64,000 nt of DNA from an uncultured Candidatus Saccharibacteria bacterium (lineage in GTDB: Bacteria; Patescibacteriota; Minisyncoccia; Phycocordibacterales; EsbW-18): positions 23,760 through 87,759 of the forward strand of contig CAYZIR010000002.1 in NCBI GenBank assembly GCA_964478705.1. Direction: 5' to 3'. Position numbers and translations under genes: made by a program. Shown one piece after another: positions 9,610-19,742 of this stretch. The notes below the pieces were generated by a model. That model saw only the letters and a program-made list of their open reading frames with translations, was not told the origin of the DNA and searched no databases. How positions within the stretch are numbered: the first letter of the stretch is position 1; each line of letters starts with the position of its first letter.

Positions 9610-10884
9610 ATGAAATACCCAGCGCCCAAACGAACTATTCTCAAAAACGGTATCCGCCTCATCACCGTGCCGATGTCTGCATCGCCAACGGTTACGGTGA
9701 CGGTGCTTGTGGAAGCTGGCTCCCGCTACGAATCAAAAAATGATAACGGGCTTTCACACTTTCTTGAACACATGTGCTTTAAAGGCACCACAAAACGTCC
9801 TAATTCTGCAATTATCACACGCGAGCTCGAGACGATTGGTGCCAGTTACAACGCATTCACAGGTGAAGAAATGACTGGCTATTGGGCGAAAGCGCGTTTG
9901 GAGCATTTCGATAATATCCTTGATGTGGTGTCTGACCTCTATCTTGACCCATTGCTTCCTGAAAAAGAGCTCGAGAAAGAGCGCGGGGTGATTATCGAAG
10001 AAATCAATATGTATGAAGACCTTCCGCAACAGAAGGTTCATGAAATCCTCGATACGTTGATGTATGGCGATCAACCTGCAGGTCGTCCGATCATTGGACC
10101 AAAAAGCAATATAAAAAAGTTCTCACGCGCTGATTTCGTTCGCTATAGAGACACGCATTACACAGGAGCGAAAACCGCAGTCATCATCGCAGGGGGATTT
10201 ACCAATGCAGAGATGGTGCAAAAGGCAAAAAGATATTTCGGCACTGCGCGTAAGGGTGCTCGAGTGACGCGACGTGATACCAAAGAATCACAATCTGCTC
10301 CCGCGTTCATGCATCATGCAAAAACAACTGATCAGACCCACTTTGTGTTGGGCTTCAGAAGTTATCCATTAGGTGACAAGCGTCAGATGGCAACGCGCCT
10401 TCTTGCAGGAATCCTTGGAAGAGGAATGAGTTCACGCCTTTTCTTGAAACTTCGAGACGAGATGGGGGTTTGTTACTACGTTCGCGCGAATCAAGAGAGC
10501 GCGACCGACACTGGTATTTTTAAAATTTCTGCAGGGCTCGATAACAAGCGAGTCGAGGAGGTTATTGAAGCGATTCTTGATGAAGCACGAAAACTTCGAG
10601 ACGTGTTGGTGTCAGTCGATGAACTCGCAAAAGTAAAAGAAATGATTATCGGGGCAATCGCAATGGGGCTTGAAACATCTGACAGCGTTGCAGATTGGTA
10701 CCATGACGAAATTCTTCGCCAGCCACTCAAAACTCCTGCAGATATCATTAAAGAAGTACAAGCGGTCACTCCAGCTCAGATACAAAAAGTTGCAAAGGAT
10801 ATTTTTGTGAACAAGAAATTAAATCTTGCACTCGTCGGGCCAAAACGCAATCTCGCAAAACTCAGGAAAGTCACTAAGATATAA
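9610..10884 (+). CDS. M16 family zinc peptidase (insulinase-like)
   Basis: HFLEHMCFKGT inverted zincin HxxEH motif. Confidence 0.8.
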   Translation: MKYPAPKRTILKNGIRLITVPMSASPTVTVTVLVEAGSRYESKNDNGLSHFLEHMCFKGTTKRPNSAIITRELETIGASYNAFTGEEMTGYWAKARLEHFDNILDVVSDLYLDPLLPEKELEKERGVIIEEINMYEDLPQQKVHEILDTLMYGDQPAGRPIIGPKSNIKKFSRADFVRYRDTHYTGAKTAVIIAGGFTNAEMVQKAKRYFGTARKGARVTRRDTKESQSAPAFMHHAKTTDQTHFVLGFRSYPLGDKRQMATRLLAGILGRGMSSRLFLKLRDEMGVCYYVRANQESATDTGIFKISAGLDNKRVEEVIEAILDEARKLRDVLVSVDELAKVKEMIIGAIAMGLETSDSVADWYHDEILRQPLKTPADIIKEVQAVTPAQIQKVAKDIFVNKKLNLALVGPKRNLAKLRKVTKI

Positions 10885-10886
10885 CT

Positions 10887-12629
10887 ATGCAGTCTTCAGA
10901 GATTAGAAAACGGTTTCTCACATTCTTCGAAAAGCGCGGGCACGCCGTGCTTCCGTCGGCTTCTCTTGTACCCGAAAACGACCCATCGGTACTTTTTACG
11001 ACTGCTGGTATGCAGCCGTTGGTTCCATATCTCTTGGGACAGAAACATCCTGCGGGAGATAAGCTCGTGAACATCCAAAAATGTGTTCGCACCGGCGATC
11101 TCGATGACATCGGAGACAACCGCCACTTCTCATTCTTTGAAATGATGGGGAACTGGTCGCTTGGTTCGTATTTCAAACAGGAAGCAATCTCGTGGAGCTA
11201 CGAATTCCTCACATCCAAAGAAGAAGGATTGGGATTGGATCCAAATCGTCTCTACGTAACGTGTTTTGAAGGTGATGAGAACGCACCTCGCGATGAAGAA
11301 TCACCAAAAATCTGGCAGTCGCTTGGTATTCCCGAGCACCGCATCTATTTCCTTGGAGCAGATGATAACTGGTGGAGCCCGGGTGACAACGGTCCGTGCG
11401 GTCCCGACACCGAAATGTTCTACGACATGACCGATGCCGGTCTTGGTGATCTCTCAAAAGAAGATTTTCTTGCTGCACAAAAGCGCGAAGACATCATCGA
11501 GATCTGGAACGACGTGTTCATGGAATATGAAAAGAAAGACGGGAAGGTTGTCGGTAAGCTCGCAAAGAAAAACGTCGACACCGGCGCAGGTCTTGAACGA
11601 ATTACTGCTGTAATGCAGGGCAAAAAGACCGCATATGATACGGATCTTTTTGAACCGATTCTTGAATACATCAGAAGTCATTCCGCAAAAAAAGATATTC
11701 GCGCCGAACGCATTGTTGCAGATCATATGCGCGCATCGGTTTTTATGATCACTGATGGTGTTCGTCCTTCTAATACAGCTGGAGGTTACGTGCTTCGCCG
11801 TCTTATTCGACGTGCGGTACGTTTTTCAGATGTGCTTGAAATGCCTGAGAACGCTTTACAGATTATTCTTGGACTTGTTGCTGAACAATATTCGGCGGCG
11901 TATCCCGAACTCAAAGAATCAAACGTACAACAAATCTTCCAAGAAGAAGAATCAAAATTCCGTAAAACACTCCAACAAGGTTTGAAGGAACTTGAAAAGG
12001 GAACAGACCCGTTCATTTTGGCCACAACATACGGTTTCCCGATCGAACTCACACTCGAACTCGCTAAAGAAAAAGGAAGATCGGTTGATATCGACGATTT
12101 CAAGAAAAAAATGACCGAACACCAAGAACTTTCTCGCACTTCTTCAGCAGGAATGTTCAAAGGCGGACTTGGTGACACGAGCGAGATGTCGCTTCGCTAT
12201 CACACGGCAACACATCTTCTGAACGCAGCGCTCAAACGCGTGCTTGGTGCTCACGTAAAACAGCGGGGAAGCAACATCACTCCTGAACGTCTTCGTTTTG
12301 ACTTTTCTCATCCAACCAAAGTCACCGATGAAGAAAAAGAAAAGATTACAACGCTCATGAACGAATGGGTATCAAAAGGCTTGGTGGTAACCCGACAAGA
12401 AATGCCTCGCGAAGAAGCAGAAAAGATGGGTGCAGAAATGGAATTTGGCGCAAAGTATCCTGATATCGTCTCGGTCTACACCATCGAAGACACCGACGGC
12501 TCCCCAATCAGCCAGGAATTCTGTGGCGGCCCGCATGTCGAGAACACAAAAGTTCTTGGAACATTCACCATCCAAAAAGAAGAAGCGTCATCCGCAGGCG
12601 TTCGCCGTATCAAAGCAATACTTTCCTAA
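10887..12629 (+). CDS. alaS: alanyl-tRNA synthetase (catalytic, tRNA-recognition and editing domains only)
   Basis: Class II AlaRS N-terminus (FTTAGMQPLVPY, FSFFEMMGNWS) and editing HxxxH (HTATHLLN) present; 580 aa, no C-Ala domain. Confidence 0.85.
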   Translation: MQSSEIRKRFLTFFEKRGHAVLPSASLVPENDPSVLFTTAGMQPLVPYLLGQKHPAGDKLVNIQKCVRTGDLDDIGDNRHFSFFEMMGNWSLGSYFKQEAISWSYEFLTSKEEGLGLDPNRLYVTCFEGDENAPRDEESPKIWQSLGIPEHRIYFLGADDNWWSPGDNGPCGPDTEMFYDMTDAGLGDLSKEDFLAAQKREDIIEIWNDVFMEYEKKDGKVVGKLAKKNVDTGAGLERITAVMQGKKTAYDTDLFEPILEYIRSHSAKKDIRAERIVADHMRASVFMITDGVRPSNTAGGYVLRRLIRRAVRFSDVLEMPENALQIILGLVAEQYSAAYPELKESNVQQIFQEEESKFRKTLQQGLKELEKGTDPFILATTYGFPIELTLELAKEKGRSVDIDDFKKKMTEHQELSRTSSAGMFKGGLGDTSEMSLRYHTATHLLNAALKRVLGAHVKQRGSNITPERLRFDFSHPTKVTDEEKEKITTLMNEWVSKGLVVTRQEMPREEAEKMGAEMEFGAKYPDIVSVYTIEDTDGSPISQEFCGGPHVENTKVLGTFTIQKEEASSAGVRRIKAILS

Positions 12630-12633
12630 TACT

Positions 12634-13119
12634 ATGCGTATTCTTTCAGGAGAAGAAGCCAAACGAGCAGAAGGTTTTATGATTGCTGCAGCACATGCAG
12701 CAAAGAAGGCGACGTGTCACAAAGCACACTGTGGCACGGTCATTGTGAAGAACAATAAAATTCTTTCGGAAGGCTGGAATTCACCAGCACAGGAAGATGA
12801 GGGTCAACGCACCTGTGATAACTCATTTGGTCATGCTGATAAAGATGCATTCGACAGGACTTGCTGTGTGCACGCCGAATGGAGGGCTATTCTTAACGCT
12901 CTTCGTGATCATGGGAATGATGTTACGGGAGCGGAACTTTACTTTTCGAGAATTGATGAGACCGGCGCTATCAAGAAGGCGGGAGAGCCTTATTGCACGG
13001 TGTGTAGTCGTCTTGCACTTGAAAGTGGTGTAAGTGTCTTTTTGTTATGGCGCGAAGAAGGAATTTGTGCGTTCGATACACGAGAATACAATCGTCTGTC
13101 ATATCACTATTTCGAATAG
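12634..13119 (+). CDS. CMP/dCMP deaminase zinc-binding family protein
   Basis: HAE (CVHAEWRAI) and PCxxC (PYCTVCSR) motifs; start trimmed to the ATG after the alaS stop. Confidence 0.7.
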   Translation: MRILSGEEAKRAEGFMIAAAHAAKKATCHKAHCGTVIVKNNKILSEGWNSPAQEDEGQRTCDNSFGHADKDAFDRTCCVHAEWRAILNALRDHGNDVTGAELYFSRIDETGAIKKAGEPYCTVCSRLALESGVSVFLLWREEGICAFDTREYNRLSYHYFE

Positions 13120-13179
13120 CGCTGTGTGGGTTCAATTGTTTTCTTACGAAACAAAAATGCTACACTGATCGGTAGTAGT

Positions 13180-14364
13180 ATGAGTATTTTTTCTCGCGCA
13201 CAACATGCCAGCACGCTTAACCTCATAGTTGCAATTGAGAGTGGAAGTGTGTCAGTTGCAATCGTCCATACGACCGAAACAAACGGTCGTACATTTCTTT
13301 TTTCAACATCACGCTCATTTATGGGCGAGGCGCAAACGGGGAGTGAGCTTCTTTCTCGAATGGGCGATGCGCTGAGGCGTGCGTGTGATGATATTCAAAA
13401 AGAAGGGTTAACGCATATCATTCACGCAACAAAGTCTTCAAAAGGATTCGCAACTATTACTATTCTCTATGGAGCACCCTGGTATGTGTCTCGTGGACGA
13501 ACGGTCACCTTGAAAGAAGCAACAGGACGGACAATTACCAAACGGTTCCTCGCTGAATTGATAGAAGCACATAGTGCAGAAATGCTACCGTCTGAGTTCG
13601 CACATGCGGTCATCATTGAACGTGACGCACAAGCCTTTACCGTTAATGGATACCCTGTAAAAACACCCATCGGTATGACGGGAGAAACTCTGTCGATGAA
13701 GGTGTACGTAAGTGCTGTGGGGGCTGAAACCAAACGGATGGTTGAAGATACGATTGCACGATATTTTCATGCATCACATATCACACATGGGTCAGCATCA
13801 CGTACGCTCATGACAGCAATTGGCGGGTATGCCGTCACTGACCCTCGATATATTGTTGTTGCGGTATCCGAATATGCCACTGAACTTACGCTCGCAGAGC
13901 ATGGTGTCGCCGTTGATGCCATCTCTTTTCCTATTGGTACAGCGCATATTGAATCTGCACGAGCACATACTACGCTTCGTCATGAAGTCGTTCAGCGAGA
14001 GCGCCAGCCCTCTCATTTTGCAGATACAGGTGATCAAGCAGCGCGTGCCCATGCGCTTGTAGATTGGATGCGTGCGTGTGATGGAGCGCTCCGTGATATT
14101 GAAGGTGCCGGTGTTCCAACCGCAATTCCGATGGTTATTGTTGTTGATCCAATCTGGCAGACACTTATTGCAAACGGGCTTCGTTCGTATCGTGTCTCAC
14201 GGGGCGCACATCCATCTGATGAACATGTGTCACTATTTTCTTCGGCTCTTTACGACCGTTTTTATACAAAAGGATCTCACGTGAGATCGCTACCGCCTCT
14301 GTTTATAGCAACATCGGTAATTCCGGAAGCCCATAGCGCGTCTGGTGCACTGAAGAAAATGTAG
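13180..14364 (+). CDS. hypothetical protein, possibly actin-like ATPase fold (FtsA/PilM-like)
   Basis: N-terminal LNLIVAIESGSVSVAIV resembles an actin-fold phosphate loop; weak. TGCTACACT 13 nt upstream. Confidence 0.35.
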   Translation: MSIFSRAQHASTLNLIVAIESGSVSVAIVHTTETNGRTFLFSTSRSFMGEAQTGSELLSRMGDALRRACDDIQKEGLTHIIHATKSSKGFATITILYGAPWYVSRGRTVTLKEATGRTITKRFLAELIEAHSAEMLPSEFAHAVIIERDAQAFTVNGYPVKTPIGMTGETLSMKVYVSAVGAETKRMVEDTIARYFHASHITHGSASRTLMTAIGGYAVTDPRYIVVAVSEYATELTLAEHGVAVDAISFPIGTAHIESARAHTTLRHEVVQRERQPSHFADTGDQAARAHALVDWMRACDGALRDIEGAGVPTAIPMVIVVDPIWQTLIANGLRSYRVSRGAHPSDEHVSLFSSALYDRFYTKGSHVRSLPPLFIATSVIPEAHSASGALKKM

Positions 14365-14471
14365 GGTGAGGGGAAAACCACGAACTTGACGGGAATATGG
14401 TGTGGTATCATACAAGAAACCTCGCGTAAGCAGGGAAAACGCATTATCTGTTCTAAACATTAGCTTTCACT

Positions 14472-15791
14472 ATGCAGGATATTATCAAGCCACAAAGTGA
14501 GCGTCGATCGGTACGTAATATTGCAATTGATCGGCCACAAACGACATCACAGAGCACTGATACAGCAACTGCTCCAGGATTTTCAAAAGAATCATCACTT
14601 CCGCCTATGCCACCATCATCATTCCCCCGTATTCCACGAACAACATCGCACACAACATGGTACATCGTTGGAGGTGTTGTACTTGCAATCATCCTTGTCT
14701 TTGTCGTCGGTTCATTCTTTGCTGGAGCTCATGTTGCAATAACTCCCCGATACGCGGTTGTGAACTTGGACAGCACATTCACTGCATACCGTGATCCAGC
14801 ACCCGGCGCTGTTGGCTTTGAGATCGTTGAGGTCTCAAAGGAAAGCTCTCGTAGTGTGAAAGCAACAGGCGAGGAGCGCATCGAGCGCCCTGCATCAGGA
14901 AAAATCGTTGTCTACAACAACTACGACGACAAGCCACAAAAACTCATCAAAAACACGCGTTTTGAAACTCCAGACGGGAAAATTTACCGTATTCAAGAAT
15001 CAATCACGGTGCCTGGACAAACAAAAGACGCTTCAGGTCAAACGGTCCCTGGTAGTGTTGAAGCAACTGTTTTCGCTGACAGTGCTGGAGAGTCTTACAA
15101 CATTGACCTCACAGATTTCACCATCCCAGGCTTCAAAGAAGGTAATGACCCTCGCTACAACGCATTCTACGCACGCTCAAAAACAGCAATGACTGGTGGT
15201 TTTGCCGGCACCGTCAAGACCGCGTCAGATGCCGACACAAAGGCAGCCGAAGCAGAAATCGACGCAGAGCTTCGCGAGAGTTTGAAAACAGATGCAACGG
15301 TGGGTCTCGCCGAAGGGTTTGTTGTGCTCCCAGAAAGTGCTCAATACTCGTTTGAATCACTACCAAACAAAGAAGGAGAAAATGGAAACGTAATGATTGC
15401 TCGCAAAGGTACGTTAACGCTTCTTGCGGTCAATAAAGATGCCATTGCATCAGCGGCAGCTGCCGAGCGTATCGCTGGGTATGCAGGGGAGTCGGTCACG
15501 TTCTCTGACACCGATGAACTTTCGTTCCAAATTGTTACTGAACCATTCGACATCGTATCTGCAACAGCAACTGATATTCGCGTCACAGGCCCGTCAACAC
15601 TCGTATGGACATTCGATGCAGAAGACATTAAAGGAAAGTTGGCGACTAAGAGTCGAAGTGATGCGTCAGGCGTATTCTCGACATATCCAGGTATCGAAAA
15701 AGCTGATATAGTGATCCGCCCCTTCTGGAAACGATCATTCCCAAGTGACACAGCGGATATTGAAATTTCAATTGAAGAGGCAGGAAACTAG
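14472..15791 (+). CDS. hypothetical single-pass membrane protein
   Basis: Pro/Ser-rich N-terminus, one TM helix, large extracytoplasmic domain. Confidence 0.5.
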   Translation: MQDIIKPQSERRSVRNIAIDRPQTTSQSTDTATAPGFSKESSLPPMPPSSFPRIPRTTSHTTWYIVGGVVLAIILVFVVGSFFAGAHVAITPRYAVVNLDSTFTAYRDPAPGAVGFEIVEVSKESSRSVKATGEERIERPASGKIVVYNNYDDKPQKLIKNTRFETPDGKIYRIQESITVPGQTKDASGQTVPGSVEATVFADSAGESYNIDLTDFTIPGFKEGNDPRYNAFYARSKTAMTGGFAGTVKTASDADTKAAEAEIDAELRESLKTDATVGLAEGFVVLPESAQYSFESLPNKEGENGNVMIARKGTLTLLAVNKDAIASAAAAERIAGYAGESVTFSDTDELSFQIVTEPFDIVSATATDIRVTGPSTLVWTFDAEDIKGKLATKSRSDASGVFSTYPGIEKADIVIRPFWKRSFPSDTADIEISIEEAGN

Positions 15792-15792
15792 C

Positions 15793-16035
15793 ATGAACGA
15801 CCAAACAAAAGGCGAAGTAATCAAAGGACATGTCATTGAAGCATTAGCGAATGCCCACTTCAGAGTGACATTCGAAGGGAAAGAGCCTGACGAAGTGGGC
15901 GGGATGAACCAGCCGGTCATTGCCTATCTCGCAGGAAAGATGCGTCTTCACCGAATTCGCGTCATTGTCGGCGATACCGTTGAATTGCTTCTTGATCCGT
16001 ACGGTGGGAAGCCTCGTATCGTTCGACGTCTATAG
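15793..16035 (+). CDS. infA: translation initiation factor IF-1
   Basis: Full-length S1-like IF-1 sequence (KGHVIEALANAHFRV...RIRVIVGDTVE). Confidence 0.9.
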   Translation: MNDQTKGEVIKGHVIEALANAHFRVTFEGKEPDEVGGMNQPVIAYLAGKMRLHRIRVIVGDTVELLLDPYGGKPRIVRRL

Positions 16036-16199
16036 GTTTAAGGGGTTTCAAACCCTTGATTCCTGTTTTACCCACGTAGGTATTGTGCTTTCGGTATGCC
16101 CGTGTTACTATAGTCGTCTCATAGGGAGGCGACCGTACAAGCCGGTTGTTTTTATGTCTGAGTCGGTTGGAATGCTTGTGAAATCAAACAACGAATTTT

Positions 16200-16313
16200 A
16201 TGCAAGTCAAATCAGCAGTAGCAAAGCGTTGCAACAAGTGCAAAATGGTTCGCCGTGCGGGCCGTCTTCGAATCGTGTGCGATAATCCCCGCCACAAACA
16301 GCGCCAAGGCTAA
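16200..16313 (+). CDS. rpmJ: 50S ribosomal protein L36
   Basis: 37-aa [37 protein letters not shown]; below the ORF-track size cutoff, translated by hand. Confidence 0.85.
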   Translation: MQVKSAVAKRCNKCKMVRRAGRLRIVCDNPRHKQRQG

Positions 16314-16394
16314 AAATCGCTAGGGTATAGCCACTAGAGAATCAGAAACGAAATTCTTCCTACACCCTAGACCCCATACCCTAAAACCTAAACT

Positions 16395-16775
16395 ATGCGT
16401 ATCGCCGGTATCACACTTCCAGATAACAAACGAATGCCATATGCCTTGACGGCTGTGTACGGCATTGGTCGCTCACGCGCATTGAAAGTGCTTGCTACTG
16501 CAAAAGTTGATCCTGCTAAGAAGCCAACAGATCTTTCAGAAGCTGAAGAAGGTGCAATTCGAAAAGCACTCGAAGGGTACATTCTTGAAGGAGATTTGAA
16601 ACGTGAAGTATCAGGAAACATCAAGCGATTGAAAGACATCACATCAAACCGCGGTATGCGCCACAGCAAGCGCCTTCCGGTTCGTGGCCAGCGCACCAAG
16701 ACCAACTCACGAACAGTTCGTGGTAACGTCCGCAAGACCATGGGTTCTGGTAAGCGTAAGGTTGAACTTAAATAA
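16395..16775 (+). CDS. rpsM: 30S ribosomal protein S13
   Basis: Clear S13 homology. Confidence 0.95.
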   Translation: MRIAGITLPDNKRMPYALTAVYGIGRSRALKVLATAKVDPAKKPTDLSEAEEGAIRKALEGYILEGDLKREVSGNIKRLKDITSNRGMRHSKRLPVRGQRTKTNSRTVRGNVRKTMGSGKRKVELK

Positions 16776-16781
16776 TATTGT

Positions 16782-17213
16782 ATGGGAAAGAAACGAGTTG
16801 CATCAAAAGGAGGTACAGCAGGAGAAGGAGCGTCACAAGGCGGTTCACGTCTTTCGCGCAAGCGACTCGACACAGGTCTTTTGTACGTCGAAGCGACCTA
16901 CAACAACACGAAAGTGCTTCTCACTGACACAACAGGTAACACTGTTTCGTGGTCATCATCAGGTACCCTCGGTTTCAAAGGTGCAAAGAAAGGTACACCA
17001 TTTGCCGCTGCAAAAGTTGGTGAGCACGTCGGTGATATCGGCAAGCAGTTGGGCGTTCGAGAAATCGGCATCGTCGTCAAAGGCGTCGGTTCTGGTCGCG
17101 AATCAGCTATCCGTGCGTTCGTGGCAAAGAGCGGTTCCATTATTTCTTTCATCGAAGATCGAACACCGGTTCCATTCAACGGTCCTAAGCCGAAGAAAGC
17201 ACGTCGCGTGTAG
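16782..17213 (+). CDS. rpsK: 30S ribosomal protein S11
   Basis: Clear S11 homology. Confidence 0.95.
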   Translation: MGKKRVASKGGTAGEGASQGGSRLSRKRLDTGLLYVEATYNNTKVLLTDTTGNTVSWSSSGTLGFKGAKKGTPFAAAKVGEHVGDIGKQLGVREIGIVVKGVGSGRESAIRAFVAKSGSIISFIEDRTPVPFNGPKPKKARRV

Positions 17214-17297
17214 ATATAGCACTGGGATATAGGGTTGAGCCACGAGCAAGACCATATACTCCCTAACCCCCAAACCCAACACCCTAAACCCTAATCT

Positions 17298-17909
17298 ATG
17301 TTTCGCCCAAAACGATTTAAATTAGCTCGTCGCCTCGGTCCTGCGGTCTTTGATCAGACCCAGACTGAGCGTTTTGCAATTTCAGAAGCGCGCAAAAAGA
17401 AAGGTGGACAGAAAGACAAACACCGAAAAAATATTTCTGCATACAACACCGCACTTCGTGGCAAGCAATTGGTTCGTATCTACTACGGTATTCCAGAGCG
17501 CCAGTTCAAGCGTTACGTCAAAGAAGCAACTGAAAAGACTACCGGCAACCCAGTAGCCTTGCTCTACACACACCTCGAATATCGTCTCGACAATGTCGTC
17601 TATCGCATTGGTCTTGCACCAACACACCGTGCAGCTCGTCAGATGGTTTCTCACGGCCACATCACGGTAAACGGCAAGAAGATCCGTGTGCCATCGCACA
17701 TTGTTTCGAAAGACGATGTTGTAGCGGTTCGTGCAGGTAGTGCGACAAAGCCGTTGTTTACTGCAGAAAAGACAAATGAGACGAAAATTCCGTCATGGAT
17801 TACTGAGGCAGAGAAAGAAAAGAGCTGGAAGATTACCGGCATGCCACGTGTTGATGAGATTTCATCAGCATTCAATTTCCCGTCAGTCGTTGAATTTTAT
17901 TCACGATAG
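17298..17909 (+). CDS. rpsD: 30S ribosomal protein S4
   Basis: Clear S4 homology. Confidence 0.95.
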   Translation: MFRPKRFKLARRLGPAVFDQTQTERFAISEARKKKGGQKDKHRKNISAYNTALRGKQLVRIYYGIPERQFKRYVKEATEKTTGNPVALLYTHLEYRLDNVVYRIGLAPTHRAARQMVSHGHITVNGKKIRVPSHIVSKDDVVAVRAGSATKPLFTAEKTNETKIPSWITEAEKEKSWKITGMPRVDEISSAFNFPSVVEFYSR

Positions 17910-17940
17910 TATTTATTAATCGCGTATATAAGATTGAGTT

Positions 17941-18909
17941 ATGGAAAACGCAATTCACACACCATCACAGCCGAAAATTGTTTCTGAAAAGGGCAATGCA
18001 GGTATGTACCAGATCGACAACTTGTACCCAGGATATGGGCACACGCTCGGTAACTCGCTTCGCCGAATCGTTCTTTCATCGATTCCAGGTGCTGCGGTTA
18101 CTGCGGTCAAAATTGACGGAGTCTCTCACGAATTCTCTACGCTTGAAGGCGTCAAAGAGGATGTAGTGACACTTATTTTGAATATCAAGCAAATCCGTTT
18201 CGACCTCACCGGTGAAGAGCCACAAAAAGCAACGCTCTCTATCAAGGGTCCAAAGGAAGTGACGGCAGCGGATCTCGTTGTTCCCGGCCAGGTTCGCGTG
18301 TTGACGCCAGACATTCACATCGCAAGTGTGACTGGCAAAAATCCAATTGAGATTGAATTGACGATTGAAAAAGGCCTTGGATACGTTCCAAAAGAGATTC
18401 ACCACAAGGAAAAGGTTGAAGTTGGCACCATCTCACTCGATGCAGTGTTCACACCAATCAAGCGTGTAACGTACGAAGTTGAAAACATGCGTGTTGGCGA
18501 CCGAACAGACTTCAACCGTTTGAAGATGTTTATCGAAACCGACGGCACCCTCACACCTCGCGAGGCACTCGAGCAGTCGATTCGCATTATGATCACGCAG
18601 CTCAAAGCAATTGTTGGCTTTGAAGAGCCGGTCATCGAAGAGCAGTCGTTTACCGATGAACCAGCAGTGCACATCGTAACCGGCGCAGAAAACGAAGAGG
18701 CAGCAAAAGAGTTTTTGAAGACTCGCATTGAGTCATTGTCGCTTTCAACCCGCACCGAGAATGCTCTTACGAATGCAAACATCCGCACCGTTGGAGGTTT
18801 GGTTCGAAAGAAAGAAGAAGATCTTTTTGACCTCGAAGGATTGGGCGAAAAGGGAGTTCAGGAGATTCGTCGAGCGCTTGCAAACTACGGTATCACCCTC
18901 AAACAGTAA
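17941..18909 (+). CDS. rpoA: DNA-directed RNA polymerase alpha subunit
   Basis: Alpha NTD and CTD. Confidence 0.95.
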   Translation: MENAIHTPSQPKIVSEKGNAGMYQIDNLYPGYGHTLGNSLRRIVLSSIPGAAVTAVKIDGVSHEFSTLEGVKEDVVTLILNIKQIRFDLTGEEPQKATLSIKGPKEVTAADLVVPGQVRVLTPDIHIASVTGKNPIEIELTIEKGLGYVPKEIHHKEKVEVGTISLDAVFTPIKRVTYEVENMRVGDRTDFNRLKMFIETDGTLTPREALEQSIRIMITQLKAIVGFEEPVIEEQSFTDEPAVHIVTGAENEEAAKEFLKTRIESLSLSTRTENALTNANIRTVGGLVRKKEEDLFDLEGLGEKGVQEIRRALANYGITLKQ

Positions 18910-18961
18910 TCATTGCTTTCGATTCCCTAAACCCTACACCCGATACCCTAAACCCTAGACT

Positions 18962-19318
18962 ATGCGCCACCACAACGTCAACAGAAAATTCGGCCGAGAG
19001 AAAAACCAGCGTGAAGCATTCATTCGCTCACTTGCTGCTTCTCTTATCTTGAAAAACAAGATTACAACAACGCTTCCACGCGCAAAGGAAATTCGTCCCT
19101 TTGTTGAGAAGCTTGTTACTCGTGCAAAGAACCCAACGTTGGCAAACATGCGCATCTTGAATGCTCGATTGGGCACAGAGAATGGCAAGGTCTTGAAGAA
19201 ACTGATTGACACTGCAACATCAAAGTACAAAGAACGAGCTGGTGGCTACCTTCGTATCACGAAATCAGGCGTGCGAGAGGGCGATGCAGCGCAAAAAGCA
19301 GTTATCGAATTCGTCTAA
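18962..19318 (+). CDS. rplQ: 50S ribosomal protein L17
   Basis: Clear L17 homology. Confidence 0.9.
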   Translation: MRHHNVNRKFGREKNQREAFIRSLAASLILKNKITTTLPRAKEIRPFVEKLVTRAKNPTLANMRILNARLGTENGKVLKKLIDTATSKYKERAGGYLRITKSGVREGDAAQKAVIEFV

Positions 19319-19361
19319 TGCATTTCCTACACGCTATACGCTACAATCTAAACTCTAGAAC

Positions 19362-19703
19362 ATGATTACCATCGACGCACAAAACAAAAAACTCGGACGC
19401 TTGGCAAGCGAGATCGCAAAGCTCCTTATGGGCAAGGACTCTGCTGAGTACCGACGCAACACCGCTCCTGAGCGTGAAATTAAGGTTACCAACGCTTCAA
19501 AAATGGATATTGATGCACGTAAGCTCGCATCGAAGGAGTACGTTCGCTTCACCGGTCACCCAGGCGGTTTGAAAACAGAAACGCTCGGCGCGCTTTCAAA
19601 GCGAAAAGGGTTCGGAGCAGCACTTGAACTCGCAGTCTACGGCATGCTTCCGGGCAACAAACTTCGCCCACGCATGATGAAGCGTCTTACCATCGAGGAA
19701 TAG
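19362..19703 (+). CDS. rplM: 50S ribosomal protein L13
   Basis: L13 homology (short form). Confidence 0.85.
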   Translation: MITIDAQNKKLGRLASEIAKLLMGKDSAEYRRNTAPEREIKVTNASKMDIDARKLASKEYVRFTGHPGGLKTETLGALSKRKGFGAALELAVYGMLPGNKLRPRMMKRLTIEE

Positions 19704-19742
19704 TTAGTCACTCAGTAAACCCAACACTTAAACCCTAATCTT

